A stretch of DNA of 64,000 nt, taken from contig OY761556.1 in assembly GCA_963664705.1 (NCBI GenBank), positions 6,496,001 through 6,560,000 on the forward strand, read 5' to 3'. Shown here piece after piece: positions 36,745 through 47,196 of this stretch (the first letter of the stretch is position 1; each line of letters begins with the position of its first letter). The DNA comes from Acidobacteriota bacterium. GTDB taxonomy: Bacteria; Acidobacteriota; UBA6911. A program made the translations under genes and the position numbers. The notes beneath the pieces were generated by a model. That model saw only the letters and a list, made by a program, of their open reading frames with translations. It did no database searches and was not told the DNA's origin.

Positions 36745-39700
36745 ATGAATAGACAGATGGTTACCATCGATGGTAACGAGGCCGCAGCCTATGTGGCCTA
36801 CAACACCAACGAAGTTATCGCGATTTATCCGATTACTCCATCCTCCGCAATGGGAGAATGGGCGGATGCCTGGGCCGCCGAAGGCCGCAAAAATATCTGG
36901 GGCATGATTCCTTCGGTGACTGAAATGCAGAGTGAAGGAGGCGCCGCCGGTGCTGTTCATGGGGCTTTGCAGACGGGAGCCATGACGACAACGTTCACGG
37001 CGTCGCAGGGCTTGTTGCTGATGATCCCCAACATGTACAAGATTGCGGGCGAATTGACGCCCACAGTCTTCAATGTTTCGGCACGCGCCATTGCAGCTCA
37101 CGCATTGTCTATTTTTGGCGATCATAGCGATATCATGGCGGTCCGGTCTACGGGCTGGGCTCTGCTTGCGGCGAATTCGGTTCAAGAGATCATGGACCTT
37201 GGGCTGATCGCGCAGGCCGCGACTCTCGAGGCCAGGGTGCCCTTTATCCATTTCTTCGATGGCTTCCGCAGTTCGCACGAAGTCATGAAGATCGAACAGC
37301 TGACGATGGATGATCTCCGCGCCATGATCGATGACGACCTGGTTCGCGCGCATCGCATGCGCCGACTGTCCCCGGAACATCCGGTGATCCGAGGGACCGC
37401 GCAGAATCCCGATGTCTTCTTCCAGGCGCGCGAAGCCTGCAACGCGTACTACCTGGCTACGCCTGCTATCGTGCAGAAGGCGATGGATAAATTCGCCTCG
37501 ATCGTCGGACGGCAGTACCACCTGTTCGATTACGAAGGATCCCCGGACGCGGAACGCGTGATCGTCATCATGGGGTCCGGTGCCGAATCCACGCAGGAAA
37601 CCGCGGAGTTCCTGAACGCCCGCGGCGAAAATGTCGGACTCCTGAAGGTGCGCCTGTTCCGCCCCTTCTCCGGCATGGATTTGATCCGGGCGCTTCCGGT
37701 CAGCACGCGCACGATCGCCGTTCTCGATCGCAGCAAGGAGCCGGGCGCTTCCGGCGAACCGCTCTATAAAGATGTGGTCACCGCGGTGGCCGAGGCCTTC
37801 GCGGCCGGAAACCTGCCTCTGAAGAAATTCCCCAAGATCATCGGCGGCCGCTACGGACTCTCGTCCAAGGAATTTACGCCTGCGATGATCAAGGGCGTCT
37901 ACGACGAGATGCAGAAGGAAAATCCGAAGAACTATTTCAGTGTCGGGATCAAGGACGACGTTACCAATAACTCGATCGACTACGATCCGGGTTTTGAAAC
38001 CGAAGCCGATTTCTCCCGGTGCCTTTTCTATGGCCTGGGTGCGGACGGAACGGTCGGCGCCAACAAGAATTCGATCAAGATCATCGGTGAAGACACCCCG
38101 AATTACGCGCAAGGCTATTTCCATTACGATTCCCGCAAGTCCGGCACGATGACGGTCTCGCACCTCCGCTTCGGCGCCAAGCCGATCCACTCGATCTATC
38201 TTGTCGACAAAGCAAATTTCGTAGCCTGCCACCAGTTCGTCTTTCTCGAACGGTACGACATGCTGCGGGACGCAATTCCCGGAGCCACGTTCCTTCTGAA
38301 CAGCCCCTATGGGCCGGAAGAAGTATGGGACAACCTCCCGCGCAGCGTGCAGAAGCAGATTATCGACAAGAACATCAAGTTCTATGTGATTGACGGCTAC
38401 AAGGTCGCCAAGGCAACCGGGATGGGCGCTCGCGTGAATACGATCATGCAGACCTGCTTCTTCGCCATCTCCGGTGTGCTGCCGCGCGATGAGGCGATTG
38501 AGTCCATCAAGTACTCGATCAAGAAGACGTACGGATCCAAAGGCGAAGAGGTCGTTAAGAAAAACTTCAAGGCGGTCGAAGAGACCCTCGCAAATCTGTT
38601 TGAAGTAAAGGTTCCCAGGGATGTGACCAGCAAGATTGAGCGGCCGCCGGCCGTGCCTCCGCAGGCGCCTGAATTCGTGCAAACCTTTACAGCACGGATT
38701 ATTGCCGGGGAGGGAGATCTGCTGCCGGTGAGCGCGTTCCCCGCGGATGGAACATTCCCCACCGGAACCGCGCAGTGGGAGAAGCGCAACATCGCGCTCG
38801 AAATCCCTTCGTGGAATCCCGACATCTGTATCCAGTGCGGCAAATGCTCGCTCTCGTGCCCGCATGCAGCCATCCGGATCAAAGCCTACGATGAAAAGTA
38901 CCTGGCCAATGCCCCGGCGACTTTCAAATCCATGAAAGCCAAAGGCATGGATTTCGGCGCCAACATGAATTACACCATCCAGGTTGCGCCGGAAGACTGC
39001 ACCGGCTGCGGAGTCTGCGTGGAAATGTGCCCCGCGCGGAACAAAAAAGAAGTGCGGCTCAAGGCCATCAATATGGTGCCGCAGAGTCCCGTCCGGATGC
39101 AGGAAAGAGAGAATTTCGAATTCTTCCTCAACCTTCCCGAATATGACCGGCGCCTGGTTCGCCTGAGCAGCGTGAAGACGAACCAGCTTCTACAGCCTCT
39201 CTTTGAGTTTTCGGGCGCCTGCTCGGGCTGCGGCGAGACGCCGTATCTCAAGCTCATGACGCAGCTCTTCGGCGACCGCATGCTGATCGCCAACGCGACC
39301 GGATGCTCCTCCATTTACGGCGGCAACCTTCCGACGACGCCCTATACGTATAATAAGGAAGGGAGAGGACCGGCCTGGGCCAATTCGCTGTTTGAGGATA
39401 ATGCCGAGTTCGGTCTTGGTTTCCGCCTGACTGTCGACCAGCACACCAGCGTTGCCAAGGATCTGCTGCAGAAACTCGCTCCCGAAATCGGCGATACCCT
39501 GGTTACGGAATTGCTGAATGCGAAACAAACGGATGAAGCCGGCATCTATGAGCAGAGAGATCGCGTTAAAGCCCTGGTCGATCGACTGAACAGCATCGGG
39601 TCGTCGGATGCCAAGAGCCTCGTATCTCTTGCCGATTACCTGGTCAAGAAAAGCGTCTGGATCGTGGGCGGAGACGGCTGGGCCTACGATATCGGCTATG

Positions 39701-40311
39701 GCGGGCTGGATCACGTGCTTGCTTCAGGGCGGAATGTGAATATCCTGGTGCTGGATTCCGAGGTCTACTCGAATACCGGCGGCCAGATGTCGAAATCGAC
39801 GCCGCGCGCCGCGGTGGCCAAATTTGCCGCGGGCGGCAAACCGGTTTCCAAGAAGGATCTCGGGTTGCACGCCATGAATTACGGAAGCGTATATGTCGCG
39901 ACGGTCGCGATGGGCGCCAACGATGCCCAGACCATCCGCGCCTTCCTCGATGCGGAGGCTTACGATGGGCCTTCGATGATCATTGCGTACAGCCACTGCA
40001 TCGCGCACGGGATCGACATGACGAAAGGGAATCAGCAGCAGAAGGCGGCCGTGAATAGCGGACACTGGCTATTGTACCGCTATGATCCGCGCCTCGCGCA
40101 GCAGGGGAAGAATCCCCTGGTCCTGGATTCCAAGGCTCCTTCCATCCCGATGAAGGATTATGCCTACGCCGAAACACGCTACAAGATGCTTACGCTCAGC
40201 CAGCCCGAAGAGGCGAAACGCCTCCTGCAGATGGCGCAGGATGACATTGCCACGAGATACCAGTTCTATCAGCAGATGGCCGGCTTGAATTATGAGAACG
40301 GAAACGATTAG
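36745..40311 (+). CDS. nifJ: Pyruvate:ferredoxin (flavodoxin) oxidoreductase, homodimeric
   Basis: Start reassigned to MNRQMVTIDGNEAAA; 'IYPITPSS', 'QSEGGAAG', two ferredoxin motifs, 'FEFSGACSGCGETPY', 'GGDGWAYDIG'. Confidence 0.97.
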   Translation: MNRQMVTIDGNEAAAYVAYNTNEVIAIYPITPSSAMGEWADAWAAEGRKNIWGMIPSVTEMQSEGGAAGAVHGALQTGAMTTTFTASQGLLLMIPNMYKIAGELTPTVFNVSARAIAAHALSIFGDHSDIMAVRSTGWALLAANSVQEIMDLGLIAQAATLEARVPFIHFFDGFRSSHEVMKIEQLTMDDLRAMIDDDLVRAHRMRRLSPEHPVIRGTAQNPDVFFQAREACNAYYLATPAIVQKAMDKFASIVGRQYHLFDYEGSPDAERVIVIMGSGAESTQETAEFLNARGENVGLLKVRLFRPFSGMDLIRALPVSTRTIAVLDRSKEPGASGEPLYKDVVTAVAEAFAAGNLPLKKFPKIIGGRYGLSSKEFTPAMIKGVYDEMQKENPKNYFSVGIKDDVTNNSIDYDPGFETEADFSRCLFYGLGADGTVGANKNSIKIIGEDTPNYAQGYFHYDSRKSGTMTVSHLRFGAKPIHSIYLVDKANFVACHQFVFLERYDMLRDAIPGATFLLNSPYGPEEVWDNLPRSVQKQIIDKNIKFYVIDGYKVAKATGMGARVNTIMQTCFFAISGVLPRDEAIESIKYSIKKTYGSKGEEVVKKNFKAVEETLANLFEVKVPRDVTSKIERPPAVPPQAPEFVQTFTARIIAGEGDLLPVSAFPADGTFPTGTAQWEKRNIALEIPSWNPDICIQCGKCSLSCPHAAIRIKAYDEKYLANAPATFKSMKAKGMDFGANMNYTIQVAPEDCTGCGVCVEMCPARNKKEVRLKAINMVPQSPVRMQERENFEFFLNLPEYDRRLVRLSSVKTNQLLQPLFEFSGACSGCGETPYLKLMTQLFGDRMLIANATGCSSIYGGNLPTTPYTYNKEGRGPAWANSLFEDNAEFGLGFRLTVDQHTSVAKDLLQKLAPEIGDTLVTELLNAKQTDEAGIYEQRDRVKALVDRLNSIGSSDAKSLVSLADYLVKKSVWIVGGDGWAYDIGYGGLDHVLASGRNVNILVLDSEVYSNTGGQMSKSTPRAAVAKFAAGGKPVSKKDLGLHAMNYGSVYVATVAMGANDAQTIRAFLDAEAYDGPSMIIAYSHCIAHGIDMTKGNQQQKAAVNSGHWLLYRYDPRLAQQGKNPLVLDSKAPSIPMKDYAYAETRYKMLTLSQPEEAKRLLQMAQDDIATRYQFYQQMAGLNYENGND

Positions 40312-40375
40312 CAGATCAGAGACGGGGCGAAAAAGGCCGCCCCGTCCGTTTTATCACGAGTGACTGAGGAGGTTT

Positions 40376-40744
40376 ATGCAGAAGCGGTTTCCCATGATCG
40401 TTGTAACAGTGGTAGCAGTGGTGATTTGTGTTGGCCTCGCCCTGGCGGCGCAGGCACCAAAATCGACGAAGATCGGAAAAGATCAGTGCCTGGGTTGCCA
40501 CGGGCCTTTCGAAAAGATTGCCAAGGCAACGGAGAATTTCAAGACCCCCGCGGGCGATACGTCCACGCCCCACCGGTATGTGCCGCATGACAGCCAGGAT
40601 GTTCCGGAATGCACCGAGTGCCATATCCAGCACCCGATTCCGCCGAAGGACAAGTCAGAGGTGGAGAAACCGAAAGATGTGCAGTTCTGCTATGACGGTT
40701 GCCATCATATGAAGAATTTGCAGTCCTGCAAAACCTGCCACTAG
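40376..40744 (+). CDS. Small periplasmic multiheme cytochrome c (3 CxxCH + 1 CxxxCH)
   Basis: Signal peptide; CLGCH, CTECH, CYDGCH, CKTCH. Confidence 0.88.
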   Translation: MQKRFPMIVVTVVAVVICVGLALAAQAPKSTKIGKDQCLGCHGPFEKIAKATENFKTPAGDTSTPHRYVPHDSQDVPECTECHIQHPIPPKDKSEVEKPKDVQFCYDGCHHMKNLQSCKTCH

Positions 40745-40746
40745 AA

Positions 40747-40837
40747 ATTGACGATTTACGATTGACGATTGACGATTTGAAAAGCGCGATTTGGTTTTTC
40801 AATCGTCAATCGTCAATCGTAAATCTAAAATCGTAAA
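40747..40837. repeat. Inverted heptamer arrays (ATTGACG)n ... (CGTCAAT)n between convergent genes
   Basis: Directly visible; can fold into a long hairpin. Confidence 0.85.
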
Positions 40838-40841
40838 CAGA

Positions 40842-42047
40842 TTACTTATTCTCCAGCTTGACTAATTCAGCAATGTGCCGGCCAATCGCAATGGACGCTG
40901 TGGCCGCAGGCGAAGGCGCGTTCAGGACATGAACGGCATTCGGCGCCTCCTCAATCAGGAAATCATCCACCAGTGAGCCTGCCGACGTAACGATTTGCGC
41001 GCGCACACCCGCTCCTCCGGGGTTGAGATCTTCGTCTTTGAGTTCGGGGACAAGCCGCTGCAGTGCTTTCAGGAAGGCGCTCCGGCTCAGGGACCGGTAA
41101 AGTTCGTAGACTTCCGTGCGCCAGTACTTCCATCCCATGATCCAGAATCCTTTGAAGGCCAGCATGGACGCCATGTCTTTCAGGCTGACATTGTGGAATT
41201 TGTAGCCTTCGCGGGCGAAGGCCAGAACCGCATTCGGACCCGCTTCATAGTCGCCGGCAATCCGTTTGGTAAAATGAACGCCGAGAAACGGGAACTGCGG
41301 ATCGGGAACGGGGTAGATCAGGCCCTTGACCATGCGGCATTCGGGCCGCAGCGAGTAGTATTCCCCGCGGAAGGGGATGATGAGCGCGTCGGGATTCAAG
41401 CCCATCATGCGCGCCACCGCGTCCGAATGAAGCCCCGCGCAGTTGACGAGATTTCTGCAGCGGAAAGTGGCACCGGTGGTCTCGAGCGTGAAAGTTCCTT
41501 CTGATCGCGTGATTCCCAGGACGCGGGTCGAGCAGAAGATATTTCCTCCCGCCGCTTTGATGCGGGCTCCCATGGCATTGGAGACCTTGGTATAGTCGGT
41601 GATGGCTGTGATGGGGGAATAGAGCGCGCGCACGGCTTTGGCATGAGGCTCGATTTCCCGCGTTCGTTCCGGGCCAATGAGTTCGAGCCCCTGGATCCCG
41701 TTTGCTGTCCCTCTTTCATAGAGATTCTGGAGCCGGGGTAATTCGTCTTCCGTTGTGGCTACGATCAGCTTGCCGCAGCGGTCGTAAGGGACGCTGTTTT
41801 CTTCGCAGAACTGGATCATGAGGCGGCCGCCTTCAACGCAGAGCTTTGCTTTGTAGGATCCCGGCTTGTAGTAGATCCCGGCATGAATCACGCCGCTGTT
41901 GTGCCCGGTCTGGTGATCCGCCAGCACAGGTTCTTTTTCCAGGATTGCGAGCGAGGCTTTCGGGAACTTTGCCTGCAGGGCCATGGCTGTTGCCAGTCCG
42001 ACAATACCGCCTCCGATGATTGCAATGTCGTATTTTTGAGTCTCCAT
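40842..42047 (-). CDS. lhgO: L-2-hydroxyglutarate oxidase
   Basis: 'IIGGGIVGLA', 'HQTGHNSGVIHAGIYYKPGS.KA', 'YPVPDP.FPFLGVHFT', 'NAPSPAATAS'. Confidence 0.93.
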   Translation of the reverse strand: METQKYDIAIIGGGIVGLATAMALQAKFPKASLAILEKEPVLADHQTGHNSGVIHAGIYYKPGSYKAKLCVEGGRLMIQFCEENSVPYDRCGKLIVATTEDELPRLQNLYERGTANGIQGLELIGPERTREIEPHAKAVRALYSPITAITDYTKVSNAMGARIKAAGGNIFCSTRVLGITRSEGTFTLETTGATFRCRNLVNCAGLHSDAVARMMGLNPDALIIPFRGEYYSLRPECRMVKGLIYPVPDPQFPFLGVHFTKRIAGDYEAGPNAVLAFAREGYKFHNVSLKDMASMLAFKGFWIMGWKYWRTEVYELYRSLSRSAFLKALQRLVPELKDEDLNPGGAGVRAQIVTSAGSLVDDFLIEEAPNAVHVLNAPSPAATASIAIGRHIAELVKLENK

Positions 42048-42067
42048 CGCGGTTCTCCCCCCGGATA

Positions 42068-42128
42068 AAATTTCAAATTTCCGGCATCTGGAATTTGAAA
42101 TCTGAAATCCGAAATCTGGAATCCAAAA
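42068..42128. repeat. Degenerate heptamer array (GAAATCT)n
   Basis: GGAATTTGAAATCTGAAATCCGAAATCTGGAATCC directly after the transporter stop. Confidence 0.75.
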
Positions 42129-43328
42129 TCACAGCAGCACAACTCCTACGATAATTGTAATCACGGTCAGCGGTAAGCCAACCCTGAAATATTCCCAAAA
42201 ACTGATCGGCGCTTCCCGCCTCGATCTCTGGATGACGATCAGGTTCGCGACGGATCCGAGGACAGTCAGGTTTCCCGCCAGAGTGGAAGCCATGGCAAGA
42301 ATGAGCCAGGCTTTTTTCGGATCCGCGAGGTGAGGCACGAGCGGTTTGAAGATCAGAACTGCCGGCACATTGCTGACGAGATTCGAGAGAACAGCCGCTG
42401 CGGCGCTGAGCACGGCGGGCCGATCGAGCCCATACCCGGAGACGAAGGCCAGGGCATCGGCGGTGAGCGGTGTTTTCTCGATGCCGGCGATGACGATAAA
42501 AAGCCCCGTGAACAGGACGAGCAGGGAAAAGTCGATTTCGTGATAGATCTTTTCCGGTTTGACGCGCCGCGTGATCAGCAGCAGGGCTCCCGTGATCAGC
42601 GCTACCTTGGCAATCGGCCAGCCGACAAAGAAAAACAGGAGCATCAGGGCGGAGGCGATCAGCGATTTCCACATGAGGACCCGGTTGACGCGGATCGGAT
42701 GCCGGGTCAGGACGACTTTGTCCGATTGGTGGAATTCGCGGCGATAGAGCAGGGCGATGACCGCGAAGGTGAGGAGGAGGCTGATGGCGGCGACCGGGGC
42801 CAGCTTCGCGGCAAATTCCCGGTACGGAATGCCTGAAAAGATGCCGATCATCATGTTTTGGGGATTGCCGGTTATGGTGGCGACGCTGCCGACGTTGGAA
42901 GCCATGGCTACCGCCAGCAGGTAAGGGATCGGGTTTCGCTTCAGCGCGAGGATGATTTCCAGCACCAGCGGCGTCAGCACCAGGCACATGGTGTCGTTGA
43001 CGAAGAAGGCGGAAAAAGCTCCGGAAACAAGAATGATGGCGGCCAGGAGGGTCAGCGGATGATGCGCATGCTCGACGACCCATTCGCTCACGGCGGCGAA
43101 GAAGCCGGACAGGCGCAGGTTGGCCACGACTATCATCATTCCGAACAGGAGGATGATGGTATTGTAGTCAATCGAGGCGTAGGCTTCCTGGAGGCTCAGA
43201 ATGTTGAAGGCAACCATCAGGCTGGCGCCGATAATGGCTGCACCCGTGCGATCCACGCGAAAGCCGGGCAGTCGTCCGAGTGCAAGTACGAGATAGGTTC
43301 CGAGAAAGATAAGGGTGGCAGTAATCAC
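42129..43328 (-). CDS. ArsB/NhaD/CitMHS-superfamily anion permease
   Basis: Polytopic; 'SAFFVND', 'SNVGSVATITGNPQN', 'SNLVSNVPA', 'STLAGNLT..GSVAN'. Confidence 0.9.
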   Translation of the reverse strand: MITATLIFLGTYLVLALGRLPGFRVDRTGAAIIGASLMVAFNILSLQEAYASIDYNTIILLFGMMIVVANLRLSGFFAAVSEWVVEHAHHPLTLLAAIILVSGAFSAFFVNDTMCLVLTPLVLEIILALKRNPIPYLLAVAMASNVGSVATITGNPQNMMIGIFSGIPYREFAAKLAPVAAISLLLTFAVIALLYRREFHQSDKVVLTRHPIRVNRVLMWKSLIASALMLLFFFVGWPIAKVALITGALLLITRRVKPEKIYHEIDFSLLVLFTGLFIVIAGIEKTPLTADALAFVSGYGLDRPAVLSAAAAVLSNLVSNVPAVLIFKPLVPHLADPKKAWLILAMASTLAGNLTVLGSVANLIVIQRSRREAPISFWEYFRVGLPLTVITIIVGVVLL

Positions 43329-43334
43329 AATATA

Positions 43335-43513
43335 AGATTCCAGATGATCTAAGATTCCAGATTAGGCTTTGAAATGTCCATTGGTATACCCTTTTGGATT
43401 CCAGATTTCAGATTTCAGATTCCAGATTAGGCTTTGAATGTCCATTGGTATACCCTAAATATACGGCATAATTCTTTTGAAATCCGGAATCTGAAATCTG
43501 AAATCTGAAATCG
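43335..43513. repeat. Inverted heptamer arrays (GATTTCA)n/(TGAAATC)n with a ~40-bp direct duplication
   Basis: AGATTCCAGATTAGGCTTTGAA(A)TGTCCATTGGTATACCC at 43352-43391 and 43417-43455. Confidence 0.85.
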
Positions 43514-43532
43514 TCGACATGGGAGGGTGCGC

Positions 43533-44618
43533 ATGAAACGAATTCTGCTGCTGGGCGCGGGAAAGGTCGGATCTCTCATTGCATGTCTGTTGACGGAAAC
43601 CGGTGATTACCAGTTGTATGTCGGCGACACCAGTGAGGACGTGGTGCGCCGGATTGAAGCATTGGGGTGCCGAAACCTGTCCGCCCATGCGGTGGATGCA
43701 AACAGCAGGGAAGCGCTGGAGCTTTTTCTGAAATCGCATCCGGTAGACGCGGTCATTTCGAGCCTGCCCTATTTCTGCAACTTTACGGTTGCGGAATTGG
43801 CCCTGCAATTCGGGCTGCATTATTTTGATCTCACGGAAGACGTCGCGGTATCCCGGCACATTGCGCGGATCAGTCCCAAATCGGGTACGGCGTTTGTGCC
43901 GCAATGCGGACTTGCCCCCGGGTTCATCAGCATTATCGCCAATGAGCTGATGAGCCACTTTGAAACGCTCGACACGGTGAAGCTGCGCGTCGGTGCGCTC
44001 CCGGTCAATCCCAGCAATGCGCTCAAGTACTCGCTGACCTGGTCGACCGATGGCCTCATCAATGAATATGCGAACCTCTGCCAGGGGGTGGAAGACGGCA
44101 AAGAAGCGGTGCTGCTGCCGTTGGAGGGGTACGAAACCATCGAGGTCGACGGCCTCCTGTATGAGTGCTTCAATACCTCGGGCGGAATTGGTACGTTGTC
44201 CGAAACCTATCGCGGCAAAGTGCAGACGATGAATTACAAAACGCTGCGGTATCCTGGGCATTGCGAAAAGATCCAGTTCCTGATGCAGGATCTCAAGCTG
44301 AGCCAGGATCGAGGGACGCTGAAGCGGATTCTGGAGAATGCCATTCCGCAGACGCTGCAGGATGTCGTGTTGATTTATGTCTCGGTAACGGGCCGGCAGA
44401 ACGGTCAGCTTTTCGAAGAGAACTATGTGAAGAAGTTTTATCCAAAGAATGTGGTCAACCGTTTGTGGTCTGCCATCCAGGTGACGACCGCCAGCGGATT
44501 GTGCGCTGTTTTTGATCTTGTGATGCAATCGCAGTCACCTCCCAGGGGATTCATGACGCAGGAGAGCATCAGGTTTGCGGACTTCATCGAAAATCGATTT
44601 GGCCGTTATTACCAATAA
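43533..44618 (+). CDS. Saccharopine dehydrogenase / lysine 6-dehydrogenase family protein
   Basis: 'LLGAGKVG', 'YFDLTEDV', 'PQCGLAPG', '[11 protein letters not shown]', 'YKTLRYPGH'. Confidence 0.9.
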   Translation: MKRILLLGAGKVGSLIACLLTETGDYQLYVGDTSEDVVRRIEALGCRNLSAHAVDANSREALELFLKSHPVDAVISSLPYFCNFTVAELALQFGLHYFDLTEDVAVSRHIARISPKSGTAFVPQCGLAPGFISIIANELMSHFETLDTVKLRVGALPVNPSNALKYSLTWSTDGLINEYANLCQGVEDGKEAVLLPLEGYETIEVDGLLYECFNTSGGIGTLSETYRGKVQTMNYKTLRYPGHCEKIQFLMQDLKLSQDRGTLKRILENAIPQTLQDVVLIYVSVTGRQNGQLFEENYVKKFYPKNVVNRLWSAIQVTTASGLCAVFDLVMQSQSPPRGFMTQESIRFADFIENRFGRYYQ

Positions 44619-44637
44619 ATCATTTCGAGGAGGCGGA

Positions 44638-44850
44638 ATGTCGAATCCGAAAGATTGCATACAGAAGAATAAGAAGAACTGCAATTGCAGTTTTGAGCCG
44701 TGTTCGAAAAAAGGAGCCTGTTGCGATTGCCTCCGCTATCATCTCGAAAGCCGGGAACTGCCGGCCTGCTGCTTCCCGAATGATGCGGAGCAGACGTACG
44801 ATCGTTCGTTCGAGCATTTCGCCCGGCTGGTTTACGAACGGCGAATCTAG
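44638..44850 (+). CDS. Small Cys-rich protein (DUF6485-like)
   Basis: GGAGG RBS; '[21 protein letters not shown]...[15 protein letters not shown]'. Confidence 0.75.
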   Translation: MSNPKDCIQKNKKNCNCSFEPCSKKGACCDCLRYHLESRELPACCFPNDAEQTYDRSFEHFARLVYERRI

Positions 44851-44869
44851 GCGAAAGCGACGGAGGCAA

Positions 44870-45580
44870 TTAGGGCTGGCCAGGTTGTGAGCCAGGTTCC
44901 TGGGCTTCCTTCAGGATGTCCCGAGCGATCACGGCATACTGATTGGCAAACCGATGGCCGGCATGCGGCAGGAGCACGCGCCGGACGTTGACCGGCATAT
45001 CCCTGCACGAGGATTCGCCATCCAAGGCTCCGCAGTAAGCGATAATCTTAAAGCCGCTCAGCTTTTCCAATTCCGGCAGAACCGGTCGAGAGGTTTTCGG
45101 AGGAGTTTCCGAAAACCACTGCTTGACGTGGAATTCAAAGTCGACGGTTCGAGTGGGCGCCAGCAGCGCCAGCATTGCCACCTGTTCCTGCAGGGGCCTG
45201 GAGGCTCTGGTGAGCAGGAAGGGCAGGATATTGGCGCCAAAGGAATATCCGATGGCGATGACGCGCCGTTTTTTCCATGCAGCCTGGTAGTGAGTGACGA
45301 TCCGCGCAAAATCTACCGCCGCTTTTTCGGGAGTGCGCCGGGTCCAGAAGTATCGCAGGGTGTTCACCGCGATTACGGGAATGCCGTTTTCGGCCAGAAC
45401 CCTGGCGAGCCCCTTGTCGGCGGCCTGCCATCCTCCGTCTCCTGTATAGAGAATGGCCATGGTATCGCCGGCGGTGGAGCGGGATGGGACTTCTTCGAGG
45501 CCCGGGATGCCCAGCTGGCCGGGCAGCAACATTATCGATAGAACAATAAGCGCGATTCTCAACGCGGCCTCCCTCTTCAA
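44870..45580 (-). CDS. AcvB/VirJ-family alpha/beta hydrolase (lysyl-phosphatidylglycerol hydrolase-like)
   Basis: 'YTGDGGW', 'LRYFW..RTPE', nucleophile 'IGYSFGA', 'GHRF'. Confidence 0.88.
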   Translation of the reverse strand: MKREAALRIALIVLSIMLLPGQLGIPGLEEVPSRSTAGDTMAILYTGDGGWQAADKGLARVLAENGIPVIAVNTLRYFWTRRTPEKAAVDFARIVTHYQAAWKKRRVIAIGYSFGANILPFLLTRASRPLQEQVAMLALLAPTRTVDFEFHVKQWFSETPPKTSRPVLPELEKLSGFKIIAYCGALDGESSCRDMPVNVRRVLLPHAGHRFANQYAVIARDILKEAQEPGSQPGQP

Positions 45581-45667
45581 AGATACTTGAGAAACCCTTC
45601 GACCTCAAAGGATCAATGGAGTCCCGATTTTCTTGACATTTCGGGCGGATCACGACACGCTTAGCGC

Positions 45668-47062
45668 ATGCTCGATGCTTTGATCATAGGTGGTGGAATC
45701 TCCGGGCTGGCTGCCGCGCACTGGTCGGGCCTGGCCAATCAGCCTGGAAAATGCGAACTGTGGGAGAGCACGGACCGCCTTGGTGGTACGGTCGGGACCG
45801 ATTGCGTCGATGGATATTCAGTGGATTGGGGCCCGAACGGCTTTCTGGACCGGGAGCCGTTGACCCTGCAATTTGTCGATGAGCTGGGATTGAGGGACTC
45901 GCTGGAGCCGGCCAATCCGAAAAGCGAGAATCGATTTATTCTGAAAAACGGCGTGCTGCATCCCGTCCCGTTTTCCCCGGTCAAGATGCTGTCGACCGGT
46001 CTGCTGAGTCCCTTCGAAAAGGCGCGCGTGTTTTGTGAGCCGTTCATTGCCGGTCGGCGCGACAACGGCGACGAATCGGTGTTTGACTTTGCCGCCCGGC
46101 GAATTGGGCGCGCGGCGGCCGAGACTTTTGTCGATCCGATGGTTTCGGGCGTGTACGGTGGCCTGGCGCGCGAACTGTCTCTGCCTGCCTGTTTCCCGAT
46201 CATGCGGGAAATGGAAATGCGCTACGGCGGCCTGGTGAAGGCTCTGATTGCCCGGCAAAGAGAGAAACGCAGGGCTGCAAAACAATCGGGTGCGCCGGCG
46301 AAGAAATCGGGCGGCCCGGCGGGACCGGGCGGACATCTCACTTCCTTCAAGACGGGGTTGTACCTCCTGATCCAGAGACTGGAGGAACGGCTCGCGCCCG
46401 TTATTCGAAAGAACCGGCATATCTCGCGGATCCGGCGTGTGGAGGAGGGGTGGGAGGTCACAGACCAGTCAGGTGTCGTGGTTTATGCCAGGAACGTCAT
46501 CATTGCCTGCCCTACCTATGCCGCCGCTCCGCTGTTTAAGGATTTTGATCCGGGGCTTTCGGAGGCATTCGGAACCATTCCCTATGCACCCATTATTGTG
46601 GTGGCCTCGGGCCACCGGCGCGAAGATATCCGGCATTCCGTGGATGGATTCGGCTTCCTCATTCCACGATCGCAGCGAATCCGGACGTTGGGCTCGATCT
46701 GGACTTCCTCCATTTTTGCGGAACGGGCGCCGGAAGGGTTTGTACTGTTTCGCTCCATGCTGGGAGGCGCGGGCGACCCGTCGGTGCTGGAGCTTTCGGA
46801 TGACCAGCTGTGGGCGACGATCCGGCGCGAGCTGGATCCGGTGATCGGCATCCGAAAGGATCCGTCTTTCCTGCGCGTCTACCGGTGGGATCGGGGCATT
46901 CCCCAGTTCAAGCTGGGACATCTGGAACGCCGCGCCGCGCTCGAGAAGCGGGTTTCCGCGCACCCGGGCCTCTTTGTGACCGGCAATGCCTATTATGGTG
47001 TGAGCTTGAACGATTGCGTCAAGCTGAGCCATCGCGTTGCCCGGCAAATTACCGCTCAATAA
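45668..47062 (+). CDS. hemY: HemY/HemG-type protoporphyrinogen/coproporphyrinogen oxidase
   Basis: 'IIGGGISGLAAA', 'GPNGFL', 'GFGFLIP', 'IPQF..GH', 'GVSLNDC'. Confidence 0.92.
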   Translation: MLDALIIGGGISGLAAAHWSGLANQPGKCELWESTDRLGGTVGTDCVDGYSVDWGPNGFLDREPLTLQFVDELGLRDSLEPANPKSENRFILKNGVLHPVPFSPVKMLSTGLLSPFEKARVFCEPFIAGRRDNGDESVFDFAARRIGRAAAETFVDPMVSGVYGGLARELSLPACFPIMREMEMRYGGLVKALIARQREKRRAAKQSGAPAKKSGGPAGPGGHLTSFKTGLYLLIQRLEERLAPVIRKNRHISRIRRVEEGWEVTDQSGVVVYARNVIIACPTYAAAPLFKDFDPGLSEAFGTIPYAPIIVVASGHRREDIRHSVDGFGFLIPRSQRIRTLGSIWTSSIFAERAPEGFVLFRSMLGGAGDPSVLELSDDQLWATIRRELDPVIGIRKDPSFLRVYRWDRGIPQFKLGHLERRAALEKRVSAHPGLFVTGNAYYGVSLNDCVKLSHRVARQITAQ

Positions 47063-47196
47063 CCGCGAAGGCTTTAGCGGACCTGGAGCCTTCGTGTTTT
47101 TGGGCGCGGATAGTTTTTCTGCACCAAATGTCTTATAATCTTTCCGCACCAAAAGAGGATTTCAGGACTCCTTGAACAATTGCGAAAGGGCTTAAT

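Noticed and set aside
27397-38865. Long opposite-strand ORFs (27397-28809, 31570-32973, 34859-36340, 36730-38865)
   Set aside because: Antisense shadows of well-supported GC-rich genes, with no motifs of their own.
44870-45580. VirJ as part of the ICE T4SS
   Set aside because: It lies ~18 kb outside the element among core genes; AcvB/VirJ proteins are lipid hydrolases found without a T4SS.
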